A DNA stretch of 39,938 nt from a virus. The stretch lies in the IMG/VR virus record IMGVR_UViG_3300045988_121860, positions 1 to 39,938 of that record; one strand, written 5' to 3'. Position 1 is the first letter of the stretch. Every line of letters starts with the position of its first letter. Positions 5,227 through 13,764 of the stretch are shown here, piece by piece. Both the position numbers and the translations under genes were made by a program. Under the pieces are notes generated by a model. The model saw only the letters and a list, made by a program, of their open reading frames with translations. It made no database searches and was not told the origin of the DNA.

Positions 5227-6477
5227 TCATGGGGTTGGGGTGGAGGTGAGGCCGAGGCGGGGTGCGACGGCCTCAAGAGCTTGGCGGGCCTGATCCAGGT
5301 CGGCGTGCTGGTAGCCCATCGACGTGGTGATCGCGGTGTGGCCCATGATGGCGATGACGACGGTGGCGGGGACACCGGCGGCCATGAGGAGTGTCGCCGT
5401 CGAGTGGCGGGCCTCGTGCACGAGATAGTACCCCCCATCCTCCTTGTGGACGCCAGCGACGTCCTGGAGGGCGCGCCACGCCAGGCGGTCGTCCTTTTTT
5501 GACCATGGGCCGCCGTCGGGGCGGGGCCACACGAGCCCGTAGGGGGACTCGGGGCAGTGGTCCTGCCAAGCGGTCAGGGCCGCTGCCATCCACGGCACCA
5601 GCGGCAGGACGCGGGAGCCCGCCGCGGTTTTGACCGGCCCCCAGTAGTAGCCGTCCATCAGGTGCTCATAGGTGACGCCGTCGGTGCCGGTGATGTCCTC
5701 GGCGGCGGTCATCTCTACGAGCTGGCGGTCTACGGTGAGCGTGCCGGCGTCGAGGTCGATCCGGTCCCAGGTGAGTCCCAGGCACTCCCCCTGCCTCATC
5801 CCCTGGAGGAGGGCAGCGACCCACCGGGAGGCGTCCTGCACGCTAGCGAGGCGGCGGGCGCGCTGGGTCGGGCCACTGGTGGCGTCGGGCAGGGGAGGCC
5901 AGGTGTCGGGCTCGGTGGCGGCCTTCAGGAGGGTGGCGGCGCTAGCGGCGGGGATGGCCTGCCGCTTGGAGGCGGCGGCCTTGGGCTTGGGGGCGAGCAT
6001 GACGGAGTCGGGGATGCGGTGGCCCTCGACGATGGCGGCCCTGAGGACGCGGTGGAGGATCAGCCGGACGTAGCGGATCGACGTCGACGACTTCCCGTCG
6101 CGACGCATCGTGGCCTCCACCTTGCGTAGATCGGTGACGGTGAGGTCGGTGAGGCGGCGGTGCCCGATGGTGGGGGTGACCCACTTACCGAGGAGGGCGA
6201 GGTCGTTGCTGTAGGTGCGGGGGCGGGCGGTGCGCTTGTAGTCGACGGCCCAGGTGTCGATCCATGCCTTGAGGGTGGTGCGTGGGCTGACGACGGTGGA
6301 CTGCTGCTCAGCGAGGACCTCCCGGCGGATGGAGCGCAGGGCGCGCTTGGCCTCGGCCTCGGTGGCTCGCGCTCGGGTGATGCGGCGTCGGCCGCCGGAT
6401 GGCGTGTAGCCAGCCTCGACGCTGGCTATCCATTTGCCGTCTTTGCGCTGGTAGACGGTGCCTTCCCCGTATGCCAT
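5227..6477 (-). CDS. int: Tyrosine integrase
   Basis: 416 aa. The N-terminal arm-binding-type segment is GTVYQRKDGKWIASVEAGYTPSGGRRRITR. The C-terminal catalytic region is ...HEARHSTATLLMAAGVPATVVIAIMGHTAITTSMGYQH (R..HxxR..Y family pattern). Confidence 0.9.
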   Translation of the reverse strand: MAYGEGTVYQRKDGKWIASVEAGYTPSGGRRRITRARATEAEAKRALRSIRREVLAEQQSTVVSPRTTLKAWIDTWAVDYKRTARPRTYSNDLALLGKWVTPTIGHRRLTDLTVTDLRKVEATMRRDGKSSTSIRYVRLILHRVLRAAIVEGHRIPDSVMLAPKPKAAASKRQAIPAASAATLLKAATEPDTWPPLPDATSGPTQRARRLASVQDASRWVAALLQGMRQGECLGLTWDRIDLDAGTLTVDRQLVEMTAAEDITGTDGVTYEHLMDGYYWGPVKTAAGSRVLPLVPWMAAALTAWQDHCPESPYGLVWPRPDGGPWSKKDDRLAWRALQDVAGVHKEDGGYYLVHEARHSTATLLMAAGVPATVVIAIMGHTAITTSMGYQHADLDQARQALEAVAPRLGLTSTPTP

Positions 6478-6500
6478 CGGATAGCCCTCCCTGGTCGGCG

Positions 6501-6521
6501 GCTAGCCATTCGGCTAGCCAT
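6501..6521 (+). promoter_or_regulatory. Two direct GCTAGCCAT repeats (candidate arm-type Int sites, int-proximal arm)
   Basis: GCTAGCCAT at 6501-6509 and 6513-6521, 24-44 nt upstream of the int start codon. Confidence 0.5.
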
Positions 6522-6593
6522 CTGTGGCCCAGGATAGCATATGAGGGGGCAAGCAGGTAACCCGTGATGTGGCTTGATTCTGCGGCTTCCCGG

Positions 6594-6640
6594 TCGGGCT
6601 GGCGGGATTTGAACCCGCGGCCCCCTGCTCCCAAAGCAGG
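6594..6640 (-). other. attP core: 3' portion of a tRNA-Pro(UGG) gene (anticodon stem to discriminator)
   Basis: The minus strand reads CCTGC-TTTGGGA-GCAGG (anticodon stem-loop, anticodon TGG, G37), GGGCC, GCGGG-TTCAAAT-CCCGC (T arm), CAGCCCG-A. No complementary 5' acceptor strand (CGGGCTG) is present upstream, so this is a fragment and not a gene. Confidence 0.75.
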
Positions 6641-6686
6641 TGTCAACCCAAGGGTGACCCCCTGAAAACACTCACTAAGCCACCGA

Positions 6687-6720
6687 CCAGCCATCCCAAA
6701 ACCAGCCATCAACTAGCCAT
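6687..6720 (+). promoter_or_regulatory. Three direct YAGCCAT repeats (candidate arm-type Int sites, distal arm)
   Basis: CCAGCCAT at 6687-6694, CCAGCCAT at 6702-6709 and CTAGCCAT at 6713-6720, in the same orientation as the pair at 6501-6521. Confidence 0.5.
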
Positions 6721-6781
6721 CTTTCCGGAACGCCGCACAAACCGCGGAATCACGCCACAAACAGCCCACAGAGACGACGAA

Positions 6782-6819
6782 AGGCGCCCCCACTACCTAC
6801 TCGGGTAGTGGGGGCGCCT
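6782..6819 (-). terminator. Late-operon intrinsic terminator
   Basis: Perfect 16-bp stem AGGCGCCCCCACTACC / GGTAGTGGGGGCGCCT with a 6-nt loop. On the minus strand it is followed by TTTCGTCGTC. It lies 19 nt after the last late-gene stop. Confidence 0.8.
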
Positions 6820-6837
6820 AGGCCTCATATGGGCCTC

Positions 6838-7101
6838 TCAGTCGTCAGCGAGGTCCCCGATCGGAGACTCCCCAGGACCACGCGGCAGGTCCCCCAAGGG
6901 CGCCCCACGGTCGAGGGCGATCGCGCGCGTCCTACGTGCGACCATCTCCCACTGAGCGGCCTCTCGACGGGCGGCCTGCACCTCCGTCTCCCGCCCCTGA
7001 CGGGCGCGCCAGAGAGCCCGGATAGCGGACCCGATCTGCCCGACCAGAGTAGCGGCGAGGCCGCTCGTGATGACGACGGCGATCAGGTCGGCTGCTCGCA
7101 T
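6838..7101 (-). CDS. Small lysis-cassette protein with N-terminal TM segment (87 aa)
   Basis: ORF track. The sequence is MRAADLIAVVITSGLAATLVGQIGSAI followed by a charged coiled region. It is the last gene of the late operon. Confidence 0.6.
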   Translation of the reverse strand: MRAADLIAVVITSGLAATLVGQIGSAIRALWRARQGRETEVQAARREAAQWEMVARRTRAIALDRGAPLGDLPRGPGESPIGDLADD

Positions 7102-7595
7102 CCCGTATCTCCTCTCTCTGCGGCGCGGGCCGCTGCGTCAGCCTCGCGAGCTTTCGCAACGGTCACACCGATCTGTGCCCGACGAAGTGGGGTGTCCGGC
7201 TCACGGCCGGGCTCCCACGCGCGACCCCAGGTGCGGGCCATCCGCTGGGCGATCATGAGGAGGAGAGCGATGATGATAAGGAGCGGCCAGCCCGGCCACC
7301 GGTCAGTGGTGAGCGCACGTAGAGTGTCCTCGACGGCGACGGCGAGGAGGCCGAGGGCGGTGAGGGCCGCCGCTGGCCCCTCGACTCCCCACCAGCCCCG
7401 CCACGCGGACGGGGCGCCCAGCAGGCACCCGATGATGGTGACGACGCACCCTAGGGCGACGTCCCAGGGCTGGATGTGGGGGCTGGTGAGGATGAGGGCC
7501 ATGGCGGCCGCCACGACCCCATACGTCGCCACCATCAGGGCAGTGACGATACGGGGCTCATGGAGGGTCCCCCAGATGCGGCGGCCCAGGCCCAT
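7083..7595 (-). CDS. Multi-pass membrane protein in the lysis cassette (170 aa)
   Basis: ORF track. It has about four hydrophobic segments (IVTALMVATYGVVAAAMALIL, LGCVVTIIGCLLG, AAALTALGLLAVAV, LLIIIALLLMIA). Its start shares nt 7595 with the stop of the upstream gene. Confidence 0.65.
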   Translation of the reverse strand: MGLGRRIWGTLHEPRIVTALMVATYGVVAAAMALILTSPHIQPWDVALGCVVTIIGCLLGAPSAWRGWWGVEGPAAALTALGLLAVAVEDTLRALTTDRWPGWPLLIIIALLLMIAQRMARTWGRAWEPGREPDTPLRRAQIGVTVAKAREADAAARAAERGDTGCEQPT

Positions 7596-7927
7596 CAGGA
7601 CGCCTCAGGCTCGCTGATAGCGGGCTGCTGCGTCTCAGCCGGGGCGGCGGCCAGCCACGGCACGTAGATGCGCAGCCAGGCGTCCACACCAGGTAGGGCC
7701 ATAATGCGGGTGACCGCACCCGTGATGGCGAGGACACCAGCGGCAGCGCCAGTGGCGACAGCCGGGTCCTGCTGGCTGGCGGCCGTGTAGACCACCGGAG
7801 CCAGGGCGCACAGGCCCACGAGGGCCTGGAAGACCGTCCGGATGACGGCGCGCGACGGATGAATTACCTGGGAGGCGGTAGCCTCATGCTTTCCCATGTT
7901 GTTCCTTCCTTGTTGGGTGGCGGTCAC
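7595..7927 (-). CDS. Holin candidate (110 aa, two TM segments)
   Basis: ORF track. There is an ATGA overlap with the endolysin stop. The TM segments are VIRTVFQALVGLCALAPVVYTAA and AAAGVLAITGAVTRIMAL. It lies directly after the lysin. Confidence 0.6.
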   Translation of the reverse strand: MTATQQGRNNMGKHEATASQVIHPSRAVIRTVFQALVGLCALAPVVYTAASQQDPAVATGAAAGVLAITGAVTRIMALPGVDAWLRIYVPWLAAAPAETQQPAISEPEAS

Positions 7928-9654
7928 CAGAGGCGGCCGCTGTTTGCCCGGCTGTTGTTGAGTGCGCGCTGGAGTGCGCCGATCGTGGCGGGGCCGGCCT
8001 CGCCGTCAACCCAGTCAGCGAAGTCCCAGCCTGCCGGCAGGTACTCGCGATGCCAGGCCATGATGAGGAACTGCAACGTCCTCCACGTGTCAGCCCCAAG
8101 GACGCCGTCGACGTCGAGCGCCGGGGAATCGTTGAGCGCCTGCTGCTGGTCGGCCTTCACGGCCGCGTTCAGGAACGACTGAAGCCGCTCAACCGCCGGG
8201 CTGCCGTCCTCGTTCAGGATGCCATCGATCGGGGTCCCCATGACCTGCTGGAGCCGCCCGATCGTCGCGATACCGAAGACGCCGTTGCAGACAAGTTCGC
8301 TCTGGCCGTCGCTCTTGTTCTTCTTTCCGGTGTAGGGGCTCGCCGACGACGCTGGGGCGGTCGCTGGCGCGGTGGCGGCGACCTGGCCGCCGCCCTTCAT
8401 CGTGTCCCACGCGCTGCGGTCACGCAGACGGTCCAGATCGAGACGCTTGCTGTAGCCAGGCAGGTAGCCGTCCTCGGTGTACTGGTGAATCAGGACGTTG
8501 CCGCCCCAGTAGGGGACGGTCGGGACGGCGGGGTCCGAGTAGGCGCGGCCGTAGTCGCTGTACTCGGGCCCACCGGCGTACCACAGCGGGAAACGGCCGG
8601 CCACAGCGGACCAGTCTCCGCTCTCCAGGCCCGCCCCGTTCAGGTAGATGCCCGGAGTGGATCCGATCTCGGCGACCATCTGGTTGAGGATCACGAGGGC
8701 GTCCGAGGGGGTCAGGTTGAGGGCGTCAGCCTCCCAGTCCAGCCAGAACGTCGCCCTTCCCGCGTAGCTCTTGGCGCGGTCGAGGAAGTAGCGGGCCTGC
8801 TCGTCCGCGCCCTCGTCGTTGGCGAAGAGGTAGAGCCCCAGCCTCTTCCCGGCGGCCAGTGTTGCCTCCGCCTGGGCACGCCAGAACGGATTCTCATAGC
8901 CGGTTCCCTCCGTCACCTTGACGATGACGAAATCAGCCCAGATCGCGCCGATATTGAGCCCGCCCTGGTGGCTGGAGATGTCGATGCCGTGCGCGTGCTG
9001 CGGCGCGGCAGCCTGAGATGCCGGAGCGGCCGGCTTGGAGGCCGGGGCCGACGCCTTCCACTTGGCGAACTGGGGCCACTGCGACAGGAATTTGCTCTCG
9101 TTGAAGCGGTGGCAGGAGGTCCACGCGCCTCGCTGAGTGTGCGGGTGCTCGCTGTAGCGCTCGGTCCGCGTCTCCTGCCCGGTCTGGTCCCCCGCGGTGC
9201 CCGCAATCGAGCCGTCCTCGGCGATCCACGCCTCCGCCACGAGCGGGTCGCCGCCGCCCTCGACTGCGACCACGACGTGGCCTACGCCGCCCTCGTTGCC
9301 CGCCGAGAGGATGATGTCGCCGACCTGGAAGCCGCCGGACGGGGTGAGGTCAGCGTCGTTCCACGGGACCTCGTTGAAGCCGTGCGACTCCATGCCGGCA
9401 CGCATGTTGCCGGTCCAATAGTCATTAATTTCGAGCAACGCGGAGTGCCCCCACGGCACCCCGTAGGTGTGGTGGATGCCGTAGGAGATGGCCCCGCACG
9501 CCAGACTGGAGCAGTCCGCGTTCTGGGGGCTGGAGACCCGTCCGTGCGCGTCAGCGGCCGCGTACCAGCTGCGGCGCTCGGGCTGCGAGTAGCCCACGTT
9601 CTGTTCGTCGCAGATTCGCCGGGCGATCTCAGCGGTGACGCTGCCGACGGTCAT
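7924..9654 (-). CDS. Multidomain endolysin: N-terminal Cys-peptidase (CHAP/NlpC-like), central GH25 muramidase, C-terminal wall-binding repeats
   Basis: 576 aa. The peptidase region is ...NADCSSLACGAISYG...GDIILSAGNEGGVGHVVVAV. The GH25-like region is HGIDISSHQGGLNIGAIWADFVIVKVTEGTGYENP...WLDWEADA...IHQYTEDG. The C-terminal PG-binding-like repeats are GVFGIATIGRLQQ and VDGVLGADTWRTLQ. Confidence 0.85.
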   Translation of the reverse strand: MTVGSVTAEIARRICDEQNVGYSQPERRSWYAAADAHGRVSSPQNADCSSLACGAISYGIHHTYGVPWGHSALLEINDYWTGNMRAGMESHGFNEVPWNDADLTPSGGFQVGDIILSAGNEGGVGHVVVAVEGGGDPLVAEAWIAEDGSIAGTAGDQTGQETRTERYSEHPHTQRGAWTSCHRFNESKFLSQWPQFAKWKASAPASKPAAPASQAAAPQHAHGIDISSHQGGLNIGAIWADFVIVKVTEGTGYENPFWRAQAEATLAAGKRLGLYLFANDEGADEQARYFLDRAKSYAGRATFWLDWEADALNLTPSDALVILNQMVAEIGSTPGIYLNGAGLESGDWSAVAGRFPLWYAGGPEYSDYGRAYSDPAVPTVPYWGGNVLIHQYTEDGYLPGYSKRLDLDRLRDRSAWDTMKGGGQVAATAPATAPASSASPYTGKKNKSDGQSELVCNGVFGIATIGRLQQVMGTPIDGILNEDGSPAVERLQSFLNAAVKADQQQALNDSPALDVDGVLGADTWRTLQFLIMAWHREYLPAGWDFADWVDGEAGPATIGALQRALNNSRANSGRLW

Positions 9655-9998
9655 GCCACGCCTCCCTGCTGCTCCTCCCAGCCCGCGGCGAAATTGACCG
9701 GACCGGCCTTGAAGGGATTGAGCCAGGCGCGGGAGACGTTCTTGTAGTACTTGCCAGTGACGATGATCCGCTCACCCGGCCCCACCATCGCGTCAGGCTG
9801 GAGGCTCTTGATGTCCTTCGCCTCCCCGGAGACGGACTGCATGTAGGCGTCGACGCGCTTGTCGACCTCCTCCTTGCAGTTGCGCAGGTACTCGCGGCGG
9901 GCGAACTCGGTGGAGACTCGCTCGGCCAGGCCGTTAAAGTCGGTGTCGGTCATAGCCTTGAGGCCGCGTTCTGACGTGTCCAGATATCCAGCAGGCAT
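9651..9998 (-). CDS. Hypothetical tail-region protein (115 aa)
   Basis: ORF track. It overlaps the lysin start and its own start abuts the stop of 9998..10648. Confidence 0.6.
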   Translation of the reverse strand: MPAGYLDTSERGLKAMTDTDFNGLAERVSTEFARREYLRNCKEEVDKRVDAYMQSVSGEAKDIKSLQPDAMVGPGERIIVTGKYYKNVSRAWLNPFKAGPVNFAAGWEEQQGGVA

Positions 9999-10648
9999 TA
10001 GCCCATACTCCTTGGTAGTGCGGTTGCGAATAGGGTGGAGTAGGCGGAGTCCCCACTAATGGAGAATGTTCCGCCTGTTCCGTACGCTCCGGTAAAACCG
10101 CAGCGAATCTTTGGATCCTGGCCCGCGGGGACCACACGAATCCCGGTGACGGTCACGGACGCGCCAGTGGAGTCATTGGGGAATCGAGCCCTGTAGGGGC
10201 GGTCCAGGAGAAGCACGGTGGCGTCAATGTCGCCCGCGCTGACACGGCCCCATACCGTGAATGACACCTGGACAATCCGGTCGTAGGGGCGCACACCCAG
10301 GTCAACCTGGGCAGCCCCCGAGTACTGATTGTTGCCGAGCTTCAGGGTATTGGCGACGACGACGCTGGCCTCCGCGGCCTGCACCTCATTGATAGGGCGC
10401 AGGATCCACGTTCCGCCGTTCTTGGAGCCGTCGGAGCGGTAGAGGATGCCGCCGACGTCGAGGTAGGCGGGGTGGGCTGCCGTGGGGGCGTGGCCGGCGG
10501 CCTCGGCCTTCGACAGGATCTCCCGGCCGGCGGCTACGGACTGGGCGGGGAAGATGATCCCCGCGGCGTCCAGGGCGTTCGGCCACGCGGACAGGAGGTC
10601 GTCCCCAGCCTCCGGGACCGGGACTCCCTTCCAGTGATTCGTGGGCAT
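9998..10648 (-). CDS. Minor tail protein (216 aa)
   Basis: ORF track. It lies after the fibre-like gene and is Gly/Ala/Val-rich with beta-type composition. Confidence 0.6.
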   Translation of the reverse strand: MPTNHWKGVPVPEAGDDLLSAWPNALDAAGIIFPAQSVAAGREILSKAEAAGHAPTAAHPAYLDVGGILYRSDGSKNGGTWILRPINEVQAAEASVVVANTLKLGNNQYSGAAQVDLGVRPYDRIVQVSFTVWGRVSAGDIDATVLLLDRPYRARFPNDSTGASVTVTGIRVVPAGQDPKIRCGFTGAYGTGGTFSISGDSAYSTLFATALPRSMG

Positions 10649-10660
10649 GTGTCCTCCTCG

Positions 10661-12709
10661 TTACTTCGTGTAACTGACTTCGATTGTCAGGTCGTGTGAC
10701 CAGTAGCCGTAACTGGCGTTCCCCTTGGTCTCAAAGGAGATCCCGCGGAAATAGCCACCCTTCCAGCTGTTCCACTGGTCTCGGGGGATCTGGATCCAGC
10801 GGCCGTCGCCGCGGCCCCAGCCGCCGGACTCATACCAGCGGTTGCCGCCACCGGAGTAGGATCCGGGCGCGGACTGGAAACCGTGGGACCCGATGCTGGC
10901 GACGCCGGTCTGCCCATACCAGTGCTTGCTGTAGGCGTAGACCCGCATGTTCGTGATCGTGGCTCCAGCCAGGTCGGCCGTCATATTCGGGAAACCAATC
11001 AAGGAATTGTAGGTCCAAGAACCGTAAGAACCCTGCGGCATATTGTCAGGCCATGACGAATCCGGGCTGCCATTGGAATATGCGCGCCACCAATTCGATC
11101 GGTACTTCTTGACATAATTCCGCTTCGGCTGCGGCTGCTCCGATGGCTTCGTGGCACCAAGGGAAACCGTGTGATTCGACTGGACAGTCTTCTCCGGGGC
11201 CAACCCCAGGTCCTGCACCAGCACATAGGGGGTCGGGAGGGATGCGTCGCTCTTCGTCAGCATGACGCCCTCTGCCCCGTAGGTTGACGCGGCCAGGAAC
11301 AGCAGCCGGTACGTGCCCGACGTCACCACCGTGAACGGCTGGAACGCCGCGTGGCTGGTCTGCAACTGGTTCCGGTTCTCCGACACTAGGCGCACACGGA
11401 ACTCGAAGGTGTCCTGCGCTCCGCCGTTGACCGGAGAGCCCTGCAATCTGGCCTCAAGCATGCTGTTCTGCTTGATCGAGTACCACGTCAGCATCGTGGT
11501 CGCCTGGTAGAGTCTCCCCGCTTCGAGGTCGACGACGATCTCGTACATGGAGTCGACTGAGCGCACGATATGGCTCTCATTGCCCCCCCATGACCAGCAG
11601 TCACCCCAGCCGATCACGCCCCTGGGCAGGGCGGCCAGGGTGTCGGCCAGGTCGGTGCCGCGCCAGGTGATTCGGTCGGCCACGGAGAGGGACTGTGCGG
11701 TTACCTCGCCGTCTCCGGTGATCGTCGCCTTCGCCAGGCCGTCCGTGCCGGTGATCGACAGGAAGTCTGAGCCGCTGGTGCCGAGCGTGACTACCTCGGT
11801 GGGCTGGTTCCCGACCGCCTTCACCACGTGCAGACCCGAGGAGTCCATGATCGCCGCGTCCCCAGAGGGGTCACCGGCCACGATCCGCGTAGACAGACGG
11901 ATCGTGTCAGCCAGCAGTTCCCCGGTGATCTTCGCGGATCCGGCCTGGAGCATCTGCGTCGTCACCTTCGCGAAGGTCGCGACCTTGGCCCAGAGTTCAT
12001 CCGAGGCGGTGATCTTGGGGGCGGTGACAGCGCCGTCGGCCAGCTGGACGTTACCGACGGTGCCGGGGACCAGCACCTTGCCGGCGACCAGCATGTAGTC
12101 CTGCCAGGCCTTCTCCTGCCCTGACCACACCTTGACACCGGTGGCCTGCTGGCCCGCGCCGGTCACCACCCACAGGTCCCCGTCCACGGGGGAGTCCGGG
12201 GCGGTCCCGGCGACGGTCACGCGACCAATCGCCCGCTTCAGGGCGTTCGCGGCCGCCTCACCCGACGTCGCAGCGGCGTCCTTCGCGGCCTTGACCTCCT
12301 CACCCAGGCGCTTCTGCGCCGCCTCGATCTCAGCCTTGGCGGCGTCCAGTTCTGCCTTCGTGCCGGCCGCCTCCAGGGCGATTCGGCCCGTCGCGCCCGT
12401 CGCGCGGGCCTGCCCGCCCTCAGGCAGGGAGGCAGGGCTCACCACCTGGTAGACGCGGCCGGTGCCGTCCTGGAGGCACACGCACTCAGCGCCGATGGCG
12501 GTCACGCCGCCGTCGGCCGGGGCGACGACCTCACTCACCGGGTCATCCGCCGGCAGCTCGACGCGGACCATGCCGCCATCCTCGATGTCGACGACGCGGC
12601 CAGTGGCCCAGGTACCGGCCTGACTGCCGGAGCCGTAGGACGCCTGCTGCGACGCCACTGCCGTCCTGGGGGACGGCTTGCGGTCGATCCACAGGTTCGG
12701 TCTCACCAT
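10661..12709 (-). CDS. Tail fibre / receptor-binding minor tail protein (682 aa)
   Basis: ORF track. It has an Ala/Lys/Glu coiled segment (AELDAAKAEIEAAQKRLGEEVKAAKDAAA) followed by long beta-rich domains and a Trp/Gly/Tyr-rich C-terminus. Confidence 0.7.
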   Translation of the reverse strand: MVRPNLWIDRKPSPRTAVASQQASYGSGSQAGTWATGRVVDIEDGGMVRVELPADDPVSEVVAPADGGVTAIGAECVCLQDGTGRVYQVVSPASLPEGGQARATGATGRIALEAAGTKAELDAAKAEIEAAQKRLGEEVKAAKDAAATSGEAAANALKRAIGRVTVAGTAPDSPVDGDLWVVTGAGQQATGVKVWSGQEKAWQDYMLVAGKVLVPGTVGNVQLADGAVTAPKITASDELWAKVATFAKVTTQMLQAGSAKITGELLADTIRLSTRIVAGDPSGDAAIMDSSGLHVVKAVGNQPTEVVTLGTSGSDFLSITGTDGLAKATITGDGEVTAQSLSVADRITWRGTDLADTLAALPRGVIGWGDCWSWGGNESHIVRSVDSMYEIVVDLEAGRLYQATTMLTWYSIKQNSMLEARLQGSPVNGGAQDTFEFRVRLVSENRNQLQTSHAAFQPFTVVTSGTYRLLFLAASTYGAEGVMLTKSDASLPTPYVLVQDLGLAPEKTVQSNHTVSLGATKPSEQPQPKRNYVKKYRSNWWRAYSNGSPDSSWPDNMPQGSYGSWTYNSLIGFPNMTADLAGATITNMRVYAYSKHWYGQTGVASIGSHGFQSAPGSYSGGGNRWYESGGWGRGDGRWIQIPRDQWNSWKGGYFRGISFETKGNASYGYWSHDLTIEVSYTK

Positions 12710-13764
12710 GCCAGTTCCTCCACGTCGACTCTCATCTGCCCGCCCGGCTTGTCCACCGGCAGGCTGTAGGCGGTCACCTTGCCGACGATGATTTCGTTCG
12801 CGTCGGTGTGGACGGCGATCACGTCGCCGGCCTCCAAGCGGGGGTCAGGGGCGATCTCCACGGAGCGTTTCGACGCCGCCGCGAGGGACGTCTCCATGTT
12901 CGTGAGCGCTGCCTTGTGGACGGCGGCACGGCTGTCAGCGGAGTTGACCTCCTTGCGCTCGGTCACCCACCCGTAGATGCTGGGCTCGTAGGGCCAGGAG
13001 GCCGCCGTCGCGGTGCCGGTCCACTTCACGGCTGGTTTCTTGTCGTTGGTCTGCTGCGGGCTACCGACGGTCACCCACCGGTTCGGGCGGCGCTCCACAC
13101 TCTTGCGGGGCGCCTCCACGAGGAGGTCGCGGCCCGTGTAGCGGGCCACCGGGTTGCGGGCAGTCGTCTGCGCCCACAGGTGCAGGCAGCCGTCCGCTTT
13201 GACCGCCCAGTTGATCCCCCTGGGGTGGCACAGGTCCCGGATAGCCTCAGTCCTAGAGTGACCCCACTGCGTGGATGTGGGCACCAGAGGATTCGGGGTG
13301 CCCGTGTCCAGGACCACCGGGAGAGTCCCAGCGAGGCGCTGAGCCTCGGACAGCACAGTCGCCCCGCGAGGCGGGGACGACGGCCACGCCATCGGATCCT
13401 GCTCAAGCACCTGGAGCAAGTCCAGGCACTCCACCTTCACCTTCCCGGAGGTGTCCTCCTCCCAGGACTGGTGCTGCCACCACCCCAGGTCCACCTCATC
13501 CCGGCCGGCCGGGGTTTCGAGGACGGCGACGACGTGACTGCGCTGGCCGTAGTTCGCGAGCGGGTCGGCTGGCGATTCTGGCACCCACCCTGACGGGCAG
13601 GTGAAGGACAGTTTGCCGGGGACCACACGGTCGCCGGACCAGTCGATCTGCACGTCCTCGCACGGGACGTCCAGGGCGACCACGGCCCGCCCCAGGTGGA
13701 CGTCAATCCTAGCCCCTACGGCGACAGGCCCGGCCAGCGCCTCAGTAGACGGCCCCGGCCTCAT
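12703..13764 (-). CDS. Minor tail protein in the Tal/baseplate-hub position (353 aa)
   Basis: ORF track. The call rests on synteny (after Dit, before the fibre). No motif was identified. Confidence 0.55.
   Translation of the reverse strand: MRPGPSTEALAGPVAVGARIDVHLGRAVVALDVPCEDVQIDWSGDRVVPGKLSFTCPSGWVPESPADPLANYGQRSHVVAVLETPAGRDEVDLGWWQHQSWEEDTSGKVKVECLDLLQVLEQDPMAWPSSPPRGATVLSEAQRLAGTLPVVLDTGTPNPLVPTSTQWGHSRTEAIRDLCHPRGINWAVKADGCLHLWAQTTARNPVARYTGRDLLVEAPRKSVERRPNRWVTVGSPQQTNDKKPAVKWTGTATAASWPYEPSIYGWVTERKEVNSADSRAAVHKAALTNMETSLAAASKRSVEIAPDPRLEAGDVIAVHTDANEIIVGKVTAYSLPVDKPGGQMRVDVEELAW

Noticed and set aside
5557-6129. 190-aa plus-strand ORF and several nested minus-strand ORFs within 5.2-6.5 kb
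   Set aside because: They overlap the integrase gene, whose frame carries the catalytic motifs. The alternatives are Gly/Arg/Pro low complexity.
6591-6665. A complete tRNA gene
   Set aside because: The anticodon arm, T arm and 3' acceptor strand are present. The sequence where the 5' acceptor strand should be (TTTCAGG) cannot pair with CAGCCCG. It is a 3' fragment consistent with an attP core, not a functional tRNA.
6808-7617. 269-aa plus-strand ORF across the lysis region
   Set aside because: It is antisense to three membrane-protein genes that have coherent TM segments and coupled starts. Its product is Arg/Pro/Ser-rich.
8050-9747. 565-aa plus-strand ORF, the longest plus-strand ORF in the window
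   Set aside because: It is antisense to the well-supported endolysin gene. The product is Arg/Gly/Pro/Val-rich low-complexity sequence, typical of shadow ORFs in high-GC DNA, and it has no SD or recognisable motif.
11968-11983. A pair of TCGCGA hexamers 10 bp apart (TTCGCGAAGGTCGCGACC) inside the tail fibre gene, as a further iteron site
   Set aside because: There are only two sites, embedded in ordinary coding sequence (…ATFAKVTT…), with no neighbouring copies. That is compatible with chance at the background frequency of this hexamer.
10661-13764. Diversity-generating retroelement, shufflon or invertible segment near the receptor-binding genes
   Set aside because: No reverse transcriptase or invertase ORF occurs anywhere in the window. 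I saw no template/variable repeat pair or flanking inverted repeats by eye. A computational repeat search would be needed to exclude short ones.
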